A program made the position numbers and the translations under genes. A stretch of 64,000 bases of DNA from Octopus sinensis (Eukaryota): NCBI RefSeq assembly GCF_006345805.1, contig NC_043005.1, forward strand, positions 98,332,001 through 98,396,000, written 5' to 3'. Under the pieces are notes generated by a model that was given only the letters and a program-made list of their open reading frames with translations, made no database searches and was not told the DNA's origin. Each line of letters begins with the position of its first letter. Positions within the stretch are counted from its first letter, which is position 1. This document shows positions 12,951 to 26,120 of this stretch, piece by piece.

Positions 12951-13391
12951 TATATATACACACGCATCTATATATGTATGTGTGTGTGTATATATATATA
13001 CAGAGAGAGAGAGAGAAATAAGATAGATAGATAGATTAAAATACACACACATTCACACATGTATTTATCTACTTGTGTATATGCACATCATACAAATATA
13101 TGTGTGTGTTATGCTCATGCATGTATGTATATATGCGCACACGTGTGTGTGTGTGTGTGGAACCATACGTGTGTATGCGTCCACGGCACACTCAAACAGC
13201 AATTTGTGCTTCTGCTTGAGATGTTCCATTTTTCTTAATACTGTTTGTCTGAGTTCACGGCAGATAATTTATTGACGAATCCTCAATAGTTCTGCAGAGA
13301 ACCTCTGAAAGAAAGAAACAACGAGAAGAAGGAAGAGGAGGAAGGAAGAAAGAGAAAGAGAGAGATAGAGATAGAAATAGAGGAAGAAGGA

Positions 13392-13430
<39 letters not shown>

Positions 13431-14386
13431 AGATACAGAAATTGGTGGGAGGGGACAAATAAACCTATTAACCTAATTTGGCAGATCTCTGTAGAATGGT
13501 TCAAATTTGTAGACCTGTCTTTAGTTGCTGTGTGGTGTGTATCTAGAAGTCTAGGATAAAGTAAGCTTAACCAGAAACAGCCACCACCATTGCCTCTACC
13601 ATCATTACAACCATCACTGCAAGCTCAGCTTCTGCCTCAGACGTAGAGACAGTAATGCCACACAGAGCCAGGATGAGGCGGAGGAGGAGAAGGAGGAGGA
13701 GGAGGAGGAAGTAAAGAAGGACAAACAGACAGATCTGGATAAAAGTATTAACTGCTTAATGTAATAAATAACTGGAGAGGAAAATATGGTTTTATACTGT
13801 AAGTTGTGGTGATGGTGATGGTGATGATGTGGTGAATGTGGTGATGTGTATGTATATGTGTGTGCATGTGTGTGTGCATCTGTGCATCTGTGTGTGTGTG
13901 TACATATGGTGTATGTGTATGCGTGGACATTTCTTTCTATTTGTTGAGTTTAGAGGAAGTGGCATTGCCGTGACTTTTGCAAACCCTTCAGACATTGGTG
14001 AGCTTGATGCCAATAATATTTCGTTTAAACTGTTGCAGATTAACAAGTGCAGGAAAGACATGAATAGGAAGGAAATTCCATGGGACCATTATTCTGGGAG
14101 AAATGATTAGTCATAGTAGTTTTTAAGGGACTGAAGGGATTAGATGCACCCAAGGGTGACAATATGTGTATAATATGAAGTGTCAGGGGTGCATGAGTAT
14201 AGGCAGGGTATAAGACAAGCCCACTCTGCCATTATAGGAGTGATAGAAATAACAGAAAGAGAGGAAGCAGCTTGCTTGTAGGTGAGTGACTGGAGAATGT
14301 CTTTAATTATTGAATTCAAATGAGTGGCCCTTCTTTAAATGAGGTCCAGGATGTCTGTATGGGAGCAGAACTCCAATGTGAATACC

Positions 14387-14619
14387 TATTTCTTTAATAC
14401 CCACAAGGGGCTAAACATAGATAGGACAAACAAGGATAGACAGACGGATTAAGTTGATTATATCAACCCCAGTGTGTAACTGGTACTTATTTAATCAACC
14501 CCGAAAGGATGAAGGGCAAAGTCGACCTCAGTGGAATTTGAACTCAGAACGTAGTGGCACACGAAATACCGCTAAGCATTTTGCCCGGTGTGCTAATGTT
14601 TCTGCCAGCTCACCGCCTT
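14387..14619 (-). mobile_element. Family A SINE with 15-bp TSD
   Basis: TSD tccaatgtgaatacc at 14372-14386 and 14620-14634. Confidence 0.88.
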
Positions 14620-15341
14620 TCCAATGTGAATACCACTCTGTATCAGTATCTGTTGAGTGTGAAATATTTTCTTATTTTGAAGAGAATGACCAGTCATTGG
14701 GATGTGTCTTAGTTATGCTAAGGATATGCTTTCACTAGACGGGATCATCATTGCTAAAGAACCTCAGCATTTGGAGCAACTGTGAGTGAGGGCTCGAGGT
14801 GAATGCTGCTCAAGTTTAGTAGGGCCACAGTGGTGTTTGCTTGATGTGAGTAGTGCTTGTTTTTTTTGCTTTTAAAAGAGATAATAACTTCTGAGAGAGG
14901 GAGAGAGAGAGAGAGAGAGAGAGAAGAGGTGATGAGATATATGCTTTCAGTACAAGAAGAGATATGGTCAAAGAGTTGCTGATGATTTGAGTGCAATTGA
15001 GTGTGGAGTGTAATAGAGGAGAGAAGACATAGTTGTGAGAATGTAGGAAGATCTTGAGCTTGAGTTTCTGGAACGTGTTATTGTTGAGATCTTGGTAAAA
15101 GAGATTAGAGACAAGGAGAGTGAGGTTTATGTATGCTTAGACACCATCTTTTAGAGTGAGATTTGAGTAGAGGGTGGATTCTAGACAAAGGGGATGGGTT
15201 GAAGAAGGTGTGGAGAAATTTGTGTCTCAGAGAAAAATGGAATTTGTGGTAAGTGTGTGAATAAGAAATGATGTGTGGTATCTACATTGGAGAGATATGC
15301 TTCAATGTTTGATAAGAGGTATCTGTGTGTGTGTGTGTGAG

Positions 15342-15400
<59 letters not shown>

Positions 15401-16189
15401 ACACACACATATGTGTATAGCTATATATTTTGGTTATATAGGATTTACAAAGAATTGAGGCACATCAACATGTCGCGTGCTGCCAATTTGCCAGATAGAA
15501 CCATGCTGAGAGGACAGTGAAGTAATCCATTATCTGCATAGAAAGCAATGGTGAATGAAACCCAGACACTGTTGTTTGGTAATTTGCAATTCCATTTGTT
15601 TACCAGTAATTCAGCGAAAAGCAGAAACCTTGATGTGGTGCAAAATATTAGTAAACGAACAAATGAATGGATTTTAAATTTTGTGACAATTGTTTTGGTG
15701 ATAATCATTATTTAATGTAAATATAATACAATATTTTGGATTATGTCATGCATTATGCAATTCTCATGCTCATCAGGCAATATTCAAAATATCTTAAGAC
15801 ATAATCCAAAAATACATACATACATTCATACATACACACATACATACATACATACATACATACACACATACATACATACATACATACATACACACATATA
15901 TACAAACATAAATACATACATACATACATACATACATACATACATACATACATACATACATACATACATGCATATACCCAGGCCTATTTCCCATTTTTTT
16001 TAGAAGTGGGTAGCCACAACAAAACACACACCAGGCATTCCATTCATTTCCCAGTTTAAAGGGGTGAACCCCGTTCTATGCTCAGGTCAAGACATAGAAC
16101 ACAACCCCCAATATCAGCAGCAGGGCCTGACAATATATCCTGGTTTACCCCTGCTGCATCAAGCTGCTTCCATACCCCTTTGAGCAACA

Positions 16190-17110
16190 TCAAATTCACT
16201 CATCCATCCACAAATACTCTCCAAGCTTTCCTATCATTTATAAACTGTCTTGCTTCTCTCACTCCATCACCTCTAACCACCAAAGCTTTCCTCATTCCAT
16301 CCATCCACACAAACCGAGGTCTGTCTCTGGTTCTGCTTCCTACCACTTCTGCCTTCATCACCCTGCTTATCATCTGCTCCTCATCCATCCTTTCCATGTG
16401 GCCAAACCACCTTAACATTCATCCATCCAATTTGTTAGTTTTTCTCTCATTCCTTGATCATCTTCACACCTCACTCCTCCTCCTGTCCATCTGTGTCACA
16501 CCAGTCATATCCTTCAGACATCTCACCTCAAACACATCTAGTAGCCTCCTCTCTACCTCTACATCTCTGCACCAGGTAACATCGTCAGCACAATCACGCC
16601 CTCATACACACCTTTTCGCTTTCATACTAAACCTTTTATCTCTCAGTATACTTTTCACAATTCCGAGTATCTTACTCCCCTCCCTCACTCTGTATCCCAA
16701 TTCCCCCCCATCCGCTGTCACATGTGACCCCAGATGCTTTAAAAACACTCACCTCCTCTAACATCTCACCATTTATACCCACATCCATCCTACCAGCCAT
16801 TCCATCTCTTGAACATCTCATCACCTTACTCTTAGCTACTTTCACTTTCAGTTTCTTCCTCCCACACACTCTTCCAAACTCTACCTCCCGTCATCTCAGT
16901 TGCTCTTCTGAATCCGCCACCAGTGCTGTATCATCAGCAAACATCAACTGACTCACCTGCCATTTCTCTCCATTTGGTCTCCCTTACCAAAGGTTCTAGC
17001 ATTCACCTTTCTCACCACACCATCCACATATAAATTCAACAGCCCCGGAGACACCACACGACCCTGTCTTAACCCTACCTTCACATCAAACCACTTCACC
17101 ACCCACCCTA
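16190..17110 (-). mobile_element. Degraded RTE-type LINE RT / C-terminal fragment
   Basis: VKVGLRQG.V.SP, KLKVKVAKSKVM, LRWFGHMERMDEEQM..RPRFVWMDG with many stops. Confidence 0.75.
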
Positions 17111-18519
17111 ACACACACCCTACATTATTTAATACAGTAAATAAGGATTCTCAGTGAAACAGTTTTCGCAAAATTTAAAATCCATTTTTATGCTCATTTA
17201 TTAATGAATGTGTGTGTGTGCGTGTGCACGTGTGTGCATGTGTGTGCATGCGCGCATGTGTGTGTATGTAAGTGTGTATTTGTGTATGTGCGTGTGCCTG
17301 TGTATTTGAATATATGTTTGTGTGTAAAGTGAGTATTGGCGAGATTTGTGAAATAGTTTGTCACCTGGGAATATGATACTAAGAGTGGTGTATGTGTACT
17401 TGAAACAGCAACAGTAGTAGTTGTAGTAGCAGCAGTAGTAGCAGTAGTATTTTTTGTTATGTTGGTAATGAAAGTGTGGTTGCAAAAGTAGTAGTGATGG
17501 CTGTAATTGGTTGTATAGCAACACTTAGTGATACACTCCAGCCTCAGGCCCGCAGACATATTATATTAATGCAGTCTACTCAGCTGTAATGAGTACCAGC
17601 AGAGTACTGATGCAACCCCTTCTCTCTCACTCATACTCTCTCTCTCTCCTCAGCAGCCATATCTGGAATGTTCGGCTGAGTCAGAGGTAGAAGGGGCAAG
17701 TGCACGTCTGCATCTGCTCCTGACTATATGGGCACCTGAAACATAAGCAAAAGCCTGGCCCACTCTACCAAATCATAGACACAAGCAAGTAATAGTTACA
17801 GAAGTTAGTTAATGTCTCTTAACTGAGCAAATCCTTATATTTACTTCTAATGCATTCTTCATCTTTACAGGTCCCTTATTTGCCCTCATATGGAACATTG
17901 TCACACTTGGGATGCCACCCTGGTGTTCTACCTCTGCTTGATTGAGTTTGAAAGAGATTTTCTAATTTTGTTGGTCCTGTTTTGTCTGCTAAACTTTAAC
18001 CTTTCTCTCATTCTGTTAAGGGGCCTTGTCTTGTGAGTTACTTGGCGACCTCACTTGTGCTGGTGTCATGACACAAAATCGACCTGGTACACTCTGTTAA
18101 GTGGTTAGCGCTAGGAAAAGGGCAGCCAGGTATAGAATACCTTGCCAAAAGTAAGACATTTGAGTTCAACATGGCCCTCTGGCTAGTCTGATCCTGTTGA
18201 ACCATCCAAGTCATGCCAGCATGGAATGTGAATGTTAAATGATGATGATGAGGAGGAGGAGGAGGAGGAGGAAGAGGAGTAGACTTCCATGGTCAGTGTT
18301 TGGCCAAATTTTCTTTCCTCTCAAGGTTACTTCCCAAATGACTAATCTTTCAACTAATTCCCATCTTTTGTTTCTATGAAGTGTCTTTGTTCTGGTAATT
18401 TTCTTCCCTGAGCATGTATATTATTGAAATCCCTTCCTTTTTTCTTGTTTTGCCAGATAAATATAATTATAACTCTTTTAAATTTTGTGTTAATCATTTT
18501 ATGGTTTTCAGAGCAGCTT

Positions 18520-18885
18520 CTTATTAGTGAGGTAATATTTATCCGCAATTAAACAAGGATGTTCTGTTAGAACAAACCATACTGTGGTAGATGCCACGAG
18601 AGAAACTCTGATATTGGCTTTTGGTACAAAATGCACTCTTGTTTATGTCACTGGTGAGAGGATATCATTAATAAGACCAAGGAAGGTCAAAACCACATGA
18701 TTTGGTGCTCTTGGCGCTGAAGGTGGTGGGGTTTTATGTCCCAGTTAATGATATAAACAAGTGTGCATTTTGCATCAGAAGCCAATGCGAGGGTTTCTCT
18801 CATGGTATCCACCACAGTATAACTTGTTCTAACAGAACATCAATGTTTGAGTGAGGATAAATATTACCTCACAATATTAATACTG
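18520..18885. mobile_element. MITE-like element with about 125-bp imperfect TIRs
   Basis: gatgttctgttagaacaa..ctgtggt..tgcactcttgtttat mirrored by ataaacaagtgtgca..accacag..ttgttctaacagaacatc. A partial second copy lies at about 19005-19165. Confidence 0.7.
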
Positions 18886-19424
18886 TCTCTGTACTAATGA
18901 ATGCTTTATTACAAGCTAACTGGCTAATTGCAACACCAGCACCTGTTCTGGTACTGATTTTCTATATATCACTTGCAGAGATATTTCTAGCAGTTGAGCA
19001 TCCATCTTTGATAAGACCGAGAAAGGTCAAAATCACGTGATCTGGTGGTCTCAGTGCTGGAGTTGGTGGGGGGAATTATCTCTCCCCTAATGGCATAAAG
19101 AAGAGTGCATTTTGCACCAGAATCCAATATGAGAGATTTTTTTTATGGTAACTACTGCTAATAAATACTTCTTATTATACTTCTTTTAACCTTTTTTTCT
19201 TTTTTGTAACATCAATAAACTAAGAGGTTGCTTGTGACCTGATTTATTGTTTGTCAGTTACCCCCCCCCTTATGGCATGTGATTTCCAATAAGAAAAATA
19301 AAATGGTTGAACATATGCATGTGTGTAAGCATGGACGCCATTGCATGTGCAAATCTGTATGCTTTGACTTAGGTATACACACACACACACACATACACAT
19401 ACACACACGCACTACACACACACG

Positions 19425-19455
<31 letters not shown>

Positions 19456-19699
19456 CTTGGCATGTCTGTACATGTGTATGCATACATATTATCACATATT
19501 ATAAGCTAAAACTTCTGGAATGCTTTACAGATTTTTCTCAATATCGTTAATGGTTTGTAACTATAATTTCCTAATGACCGATGTCCATTCTAGTTTTGTG
19601 TTGTTCAGCTTCTCAAGACAGGTGCTGAGGCAATTAGTTGCACATACAACAGTCTCAGTAATTATAGTTGCAGATATATAATCTTTTCTACTCTAGACA

Positions 19700-19890
19700 C
19701 CAGGCTCAAAATTTTGGGGGAGGTAAGGGCCAGTCAATTAGACACAACTGGTACTTAATTTATCGACCCTGGAAGGATGAAAGGCAAAGTCAACCTCAGC
19801 AGAATTTGTAATCAGAGCGTAAAGACAGACAAAATATCGCTAAGCATTTCATCCGGTGCGCAAACTTTTCTGCTAGCTCACCATCTTATA
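19700..19890 (-). mobile_element. Family A SINE, variant tail
   Basis: aactggtacttaatttatcgaccc..gatgaaaggcaaagtcaacctc..gctaagcatttc. Confidence 0.7.
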
Positions 19891-19954
19891 GTTGGAGATA
19901 TAATGCTATTTGCAGATTCTTTATTAGTTTAGTATAAGCGTTTTCTTTTTCACT

Positions 19955-20430
19955 AATCATCATCATCATCATCATCATCGTTTAACGTCCGCTTTCCTTG
20001 CTAGCATGGGTTGGACGATTTGACTGAGGACTGGCAAACCAGATGGATGTACCAGGCATCAATCTTGATCTGGCAGAGTTTCTACAGCTGGATGCCCTTC
20101 CTAACGCCAACCACTCCGAGAGTGTAGTGGGTGCTTTTAAAGTGCCATCAGCACGAGGGCCAGTTTGGTGGTACTGGCAATGGCCACGCTCAAATGCTGT
20201 TTTTTACATGCCACCTGCACAGGAGCCAGTCCAGCGGCACTGGCAACGACCTCACTTGAATGTTTTTTCACATGCCACTGGTATAAGTGCCAGTTAAACA
20301 ACACTGGTAATGATCATGTTTGAATGGTGCTTTTTACTTGCCGCCAGCATGGAAACCAGTTAGCTGCTCTGGTAATGATCATGCTCGGATGGTGCTCTTA
20401 GTGCTCCACTAGTACAGATGCCAGTCATCT
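19955..20430 (-). mobile_element. RTE 3' UTR/tail fragment
   Basis: catcatcatcgtttaacgtccgctttcc.tgctagcatgggttggac...ctggatgcccttcctaacgccaacc shared with 33905-34070. Confidence 0.75.
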
Positions 20431-22814
20431 GGCATTCGATCCAATATTATATTGCAATCAGCTGGGCAACTGACTCCTGCTGTTGAGCATCCTTTATTTA
20501 CTCAGTCTCTGATCATTATGTCTGGTCTGTTATGCTTGCATTTTATTGAAGTCATTAAAGGAATAATTCACTAGTATTCTTTCCTGTTATGAATAATTAC
20601 ACCCTTCAAATCACTGTTGCTATTTTTATATTTATCCTTAGGATTATCCTTTCTACAGATTGCTTTACACATTCATTTGAAGGGATAATATCACGATGAT
20701 ACTTTTGGACAGCTATTTAAGGTGTGGGTGAAATGCTCTGTGTTAACACTTTGTATTAGTGTATGAATGTATGTGTTTGAGTGGTGTGTGTACCCATGTA
20801 TGTATGTATGTGTGTGTTTGTATGTGTGTGTGTTTATGCATGTTACATGTTTGTAAATATGTGAGTGTGTGTGTGTGTGTGTGTATGTGTGTGCAAAATT
20901 TATGTGTACACATTTAGAATTAAGTATATATAAATGGATGGATGGATGTATTTATAGGACTCTTTTCTTTTCATTTCTTCGAATTTTTCTGATAATGAAG
21001 AGGCTGATTTCTAACAAAGATACAAAGCTCCATTCCTGGAATTTATATAAAAATTAAATAAAAGAGTAGAACAACATTTTGGATTTCTAGAATTGCAGAT
21101 TTTTACTGTAACACTGACGTATAGAATTTGCAAAAAATATGCTCTATGGTATTTTTCTTTGCTTGAAACCCCCAAGTTTTCCAGACTACATGACAGACAT
21201 TTAGTAACATAATCAGGTGCATCAATAGGAAGGTCTTTGTTAATGTAGGGGTGATCATTCATCTCCCTATGTATGCATGTGGAGGCTTGGACCAAATTAC
21301 TTGAACATGATGGTCAACTGCCCATGCATGGAAATCTCTCCTCCCCTCTCAACTGAAGTTATCCAAGGTGAAGTCTGCTGATTTCTGCAAAAACAACTTG
21401 TTTCAGGTGGTACTACTGTCAAAATGGCATTCTGTCTCGATGTAGGAAAGATACATCAGGACATCTTACTTGACTTCCTCACAGTTCTGCCAATCCCTCT
21501 CCTTTCATTGGTGCATTTTTATTGACCCTGCAAAGGATAAAAGGCTAAGTTGACCATGGTCAGATTTGAACTCAGTGTGCAAAAGTCAAAATAGAAGTAC
21601 TACATGGAATTTTAATCCAAAACTTTAATGACTGTGCCAATCTAATTTGCTGCCAGATGCACTAATGATTTTAGCTACTGATGCAAATTTATAATCTTTA
21701 TTGAAAAATTGAAGGTTTTGATGCAGTTGATCGTAAATGTTCTCTTTCTTCCTAATTTTAAATCAAATGTGGTTATCTATCAACGATCTTATTGATGACC
21801 ACACTGATGCATGATTTTTGTTTTCTGTCTCCCAAAATTAATCTTACTCATCATAGTTTATTTTCTGAGACGTCTTATGGTGGGATACCCTACAAAACTC
21901 AGGCAAAGTGCTGTCTCCTACAAAACTCGTGGGCAAGGTGTTGCTATTCTTAACTGGGATATTTACAGGGTCATGTGGAAGAAAGGAGCATCACTGAGAT
22001 GGAGAAAGACAAAATATTTATTGCAGGTGCATACACACGCAAAACACCCACCCACCTTTTGACACCTTCTCATACTTCTGTCCATTCACCCTTTGTCCAT
22101 TCACACCCTCTTCTGTTCTCTGTACCATTCTATCTGTATAAAGTCATCATTGAACCTTATCTCTCTGATACATAACTATGAGGTACGTCACTGGAACTAC
22201 TTATATTTTATATATCTGACCACATCCATTTCTACACTTATAGTCAAAATTTCCCTCTCTTCATTTCGCCTATTCTCATCTCAATGACTCTGTTTCTAGA
22301 TTCACACTATCCCCTTTTTCTCACAGTTCCTAACTTCTCCCATTGTCATTTTACCCGTAAGTCATCCTCTTGCTATTCCACATTGAATGGATGGATACAA
22401 TATAATTTACCAAAATCGCTTTGGTGTTTTGAAGAAGAAGGGAACCTCACTAGAGTTGGCACCAGAATAAAATGCACTCAGTACACTCTGTAAAGTGTTT
22501 AGTGATTGTGTGGAAATAGTATAGAATTGAGAGGTGTCTTTAGACTTGAAGAAGACATGATCACTTCTCTGGTGCTGGTATCATAATGAAATGTATCTCA
22601 TACACTTTGTAAAGAGGCTGGTGATAAGAAAACATCTCGGTGGAGAAACTAAGCCTAAAAAAATGTATGGGCGTGACATTGTCCTCAGCCCCATCTAGGG
22701 TTTGACTTACACTATGACTATCTGACAAACCCATGCCAGCAAGGAAAGCAGACACAAAAGGATAATACTAGAGCTGCTGCTGTTACTCTTGTTGCTGTTG
22801 CTGTTATTGTTGTT

Positions 22815-23012
22815 GTTGTTGTTAAACAACAAGACGAGTAAGGGTAATTAGGTGATGGTCTAGGGCTTAGGGGTGGGAGACCCCAGACCTTGGAAAAAAA
22901 AAACTTTGGTCGTCTTGTTGTAGTCGAGGGCTCTTTGTTGATGCCTGACACTAAGAGGTGGCCCTCGAAGTCGCTGGAAATGGAGATCTCCAGGTCCAAA
23001 TTCTTGAACGGC
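22815..23012. repeat. About 195-bp structured dispersed repeat, copy 1
   Basis: Homologous to 62000-62202. Internal IR acaacaagacga / tcgtcttgttgt. Confidence 0.85.
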
Positions 23013-24129
23013 TGCCACTGCTGCTACTGCTAATGATGTGTGTGTGTGTTTCTAGTGCAAAATTTCCAGCTATAGGCTAGTAGCTAACTTTAGGACTAAT
23101 AATTATGTTTGTGTATGTGCACGTGTGCATGTACAGATATACGTATACACCTTCTATATTTATATTTACAGCTAAACTCTTAAACTGATTATATTTGATT
23201 TGATAGTTAGTTCTGTGTGTGTTTGTGTGTGTGTGTATGTGTGTGTGTATGTGTGTGTGTATGTGTGTATGTGTGTGTGTGCAAAAGGTATTATTCTGTG
23301 TGAGAGAATGAACATTTGTGTTTATGTGGAATGTGGGAATGTGTGGTAAGTACATATGTGTGAGCAGTTACATGTTTGTATGCATGGCTTCTATACATTT
23401 GTGTGTGTGTGTAAGCATGTGGTCAGTAAACAAGTGTATGCCTAAGAGACAGAATGTGAGTGTGTGTGCGTGTGTTTGTTTATGAATGTGTGAGTGTGCA
23501 TGTGTATGAATATGTGTTCAGTCTTTTTCTCATTTTTTTTTTCTCTCTTCCACTTTTATTTTTCTCTCTCAGAATAGAGACAAATTTACACTCAACTTCA
23601 CAGAAGTTCAACGATTTACTTAAGTCAGCTGTCACAGACATTTCATCTCACAGAGATAGTAAAACAGTTCAGTAGGTTCGTTTCATATTATGAGCCTGAT
23701 ATAGCACCAGGGGGGGGGGGTGCAGAGTTGGAGTTGAAGGACAAAGAAGAGGAGTATGAGACAGCAAAGGAAGACGGATGGGTAGCAGAAGTGGTGCAAT
23801 CACAACATTAATATTCTTTTTTATAAAGTATTTATTGTCTTTTTTTTTGATATCCTTCCATCGGAGACACCTGGTTCTAAGATACAAAATCTCTCATTTT
23901 AAAGTGTTAATATTCAAATATAAATATTCTGTAATTTTATGTTCAAGTCTTCAGCTGAAAGTTTAATGAGTTATGATGCATGAATATGAACACCGAAGAC
24001 AAGTAAAAGTATAGTAAATATTATATAAGGTGATTGCATGGTACATTGAGAATTATCTTGCCTTTGTGGGAAGAGTAAATGATGGGCTGGTGGCAACTGT
24101 AACCAACCCCGAACCAGAAGGGGAGACCA

Positions 24130-24640
24130 TCATCATCATCATCATCATCATCATCATTGATTTAACATCCATTTTCCATGTTGGCATGGGTTGGCTGGCT
24201 TGAGAGGAACTGGCAACACCAGGAGCTGCACCAGGTTCCATGGCCTATTTTGATTTGATTTCTATGGCTGGATGCCCTCCCTACACCAACCACTTCACAG
24301 AGTGTACTAGATGGTTTCCACATGGCACCAGCATCCACCCACACCAATGCTTTTTACATGGCACTTTGGTTTTCAGGATCTCAATTCTAATGTTGTGGGC
24401 AAGTTTTCTTGAGTACAACAATGCACCACATATCTTGGTCCTCTGTCATCTCCTTTGCAAGGCTCAATGTTGTGAGATGGGCCTTCAATACTTTGTCCCT
24501 TTGGTCACCCACTTCCACAACTTCCTCCACTTTAAGTGACTGGTGCTCCTTTATGCATCTGTCCTCATCCATCCACATCATAGGACCAAATCAGCACAGA
24601 CTCCTCCTCTCTTGCACACTGCATACAATTCATCTCAAGA
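24130..24640 (-). mobile_element. RTE 3' fragment with (GAT)n tail
   Basis: WMDEDRCIKE..LAKEMTEDQDMW resembles the C-terminus at 37750-37946. (CAT)n at about 24128-24157. Confidence 0.7.
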
Positions 24641-24844
24641 ATGAAACTAACATGCCGTTAAAGAAGAGACAGGCTGATTTCCTAGAAAGAAGAGGACAGC
24701 TGTATATATATGCTTCTGCCTCCTCAATAGGCACCTTCAGTACAAGAGTTGTCCTAACTTGACTCCAGCAGATAACAGAAAACATCCATGGCTTGTGTCA
24801 TATTTTTGCTGCAGAAGTAAATATTGAATTTACTCACATAGGGT

Positions 24845-25220
24845 CAGACATGGCTTTGCGGTTAAGAAGCATACTTTGCAATCATGAGGTTTTTGAGTTC
24901 AGTCCTACTGCATGGCACTTTGGGCAAGTTTATTCTATTATAGTTCAAGGGTGGCCAATGCCTTGTAAATGAATTTGGTAGATGGAAACTGTATGAAAGC
25001 CCATATTATATATATATATATATATATCCCTCTCTCTCTCTTTCGGAGAGGCACTGAGCAGCTATACGCACACATACACACACAGCAGTAACTTCCACCT
25101 ACCGAATCCAATCACAAAGCTCCAGTCGGCTCGGGGCTATAGGGAAGACACCTACCCAAAGTGCAACGCAGTGGGACTGAACCCAAAACCATGTAGCTAG
25201 GAAGCAAGCTCCCTAACCAT
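24845..25220. mobile_element. Two family C SINE heads in opposite orientation around a (TA)n/(CT)n spacer
   Basis: Plus copy about 24845-25010 (gagttcagtcctactgcatggcactttgggcaag). Minus copy about 25055-25220 (gtgggactgaaccc..cttcc). Confidence 0.7.
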
Positions 25221-25259
25221 ATATATATGTATGTATGTATGTATATATATATATACATA

Positions 25260-25290
<31 letters not shown>

Positions 25291-25293
25291 ATA

Positions 25294-26081
25294 ATAATTA
25301 ATCAATATAGGGTGGCAAAAATTTCGTAGAATTTTTTGCCACCAGCGGCCTAGTGGGAAAAAATTAAATAGTCATAGACCATTTGTAAATTCAACAGCAA
25401 AATCAAGGAACGGCCATAATAGGCCATTCACCCACTAGAAATAACAGCCAAAGCTTCAACCGCAAAATAACATTAATTCCGCAAACCAGGAGAAAATTTT
25501 TCTCCTGATTTGCGGAATTAATGTTGTTTTGCGGTTGAAGCTTTGGCTGTTATTTCTAGTGGGTGAATGGCCTATTATGGCCGTTCCTTGATTTTGCTGT
25601 TGAATTTACAAATGGTCTATGACTATTTAATTTTTTCCCACTAGGCCGCTGGTGGCAAAAAAATTCTACGAAATTTTTTGCCCCCTATATTGATTAATTA
25701 TGAATTTTCTGGTTAATTCCGTAATGGAATCGGCGGCTTATATTTGCTGCCGATAAATTTGGCGCGAGTGCGATGATTTGAAAATTTTAGGTCAGATATT
25801 GCCGAGACAGTGATAGAAGTGCCTCGTGTAAATATCTGCTCCGATCTGGCTGTCTTTACTGACGAATCTATCGGCCTATGGAAGACTATAGCTTGATTTA
25901 ATTTAATCAGGTTAGTTTACCATTAAACAATAGATGAAACGGTGCATCGTATAAGGAACTACAGGGTAAATGTTTTTTTAATTTTCTCCTGGTTTGCGGA
26001 ATTAATGTTGTTTTGCGGTTGAAGCTTTGGCTGTTTATTTCTAGTGGGTGAATGGCCTATTATGGCCGTTCCTTGATTTTG

Positions 26082-26083
<2 letters not shown>
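25294..26083. mobile_element. Fold-back plus partial tandem repeat carrying the hammerhead (Penelope pLTR / retrozyme-like)
   Basis: About 203-bp near-perfect inverted arms 25294-25496 / 25497-25701 with no spacer. 25981-26083 repeats 25496-25600 (period about 485 bp). Confidence 0.75.
25853..25957 (+). ncRNA. Type I hammerhead ribozyme with intact core
   Basis: Stem I tcttta / taagga. CTGACGA at 25859-25865. Stem II ATCTAT (25866-71) / ATAGAT (25930-35). GAAA at 25936-39. Near-palindromic stem III ACGGTGCATCGT. Predicted cleavage after GUA at 25951. Confidence 0.72.

Positions 26084-26116
<33 letters not shown>

Positions 26117-26120
<4 letters not shown>

Noticed and set aside
16078-16761. 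227-aa plus-strand ORF
   Set aside because: It is the antisense shadow of the minus-strand RTE relic.
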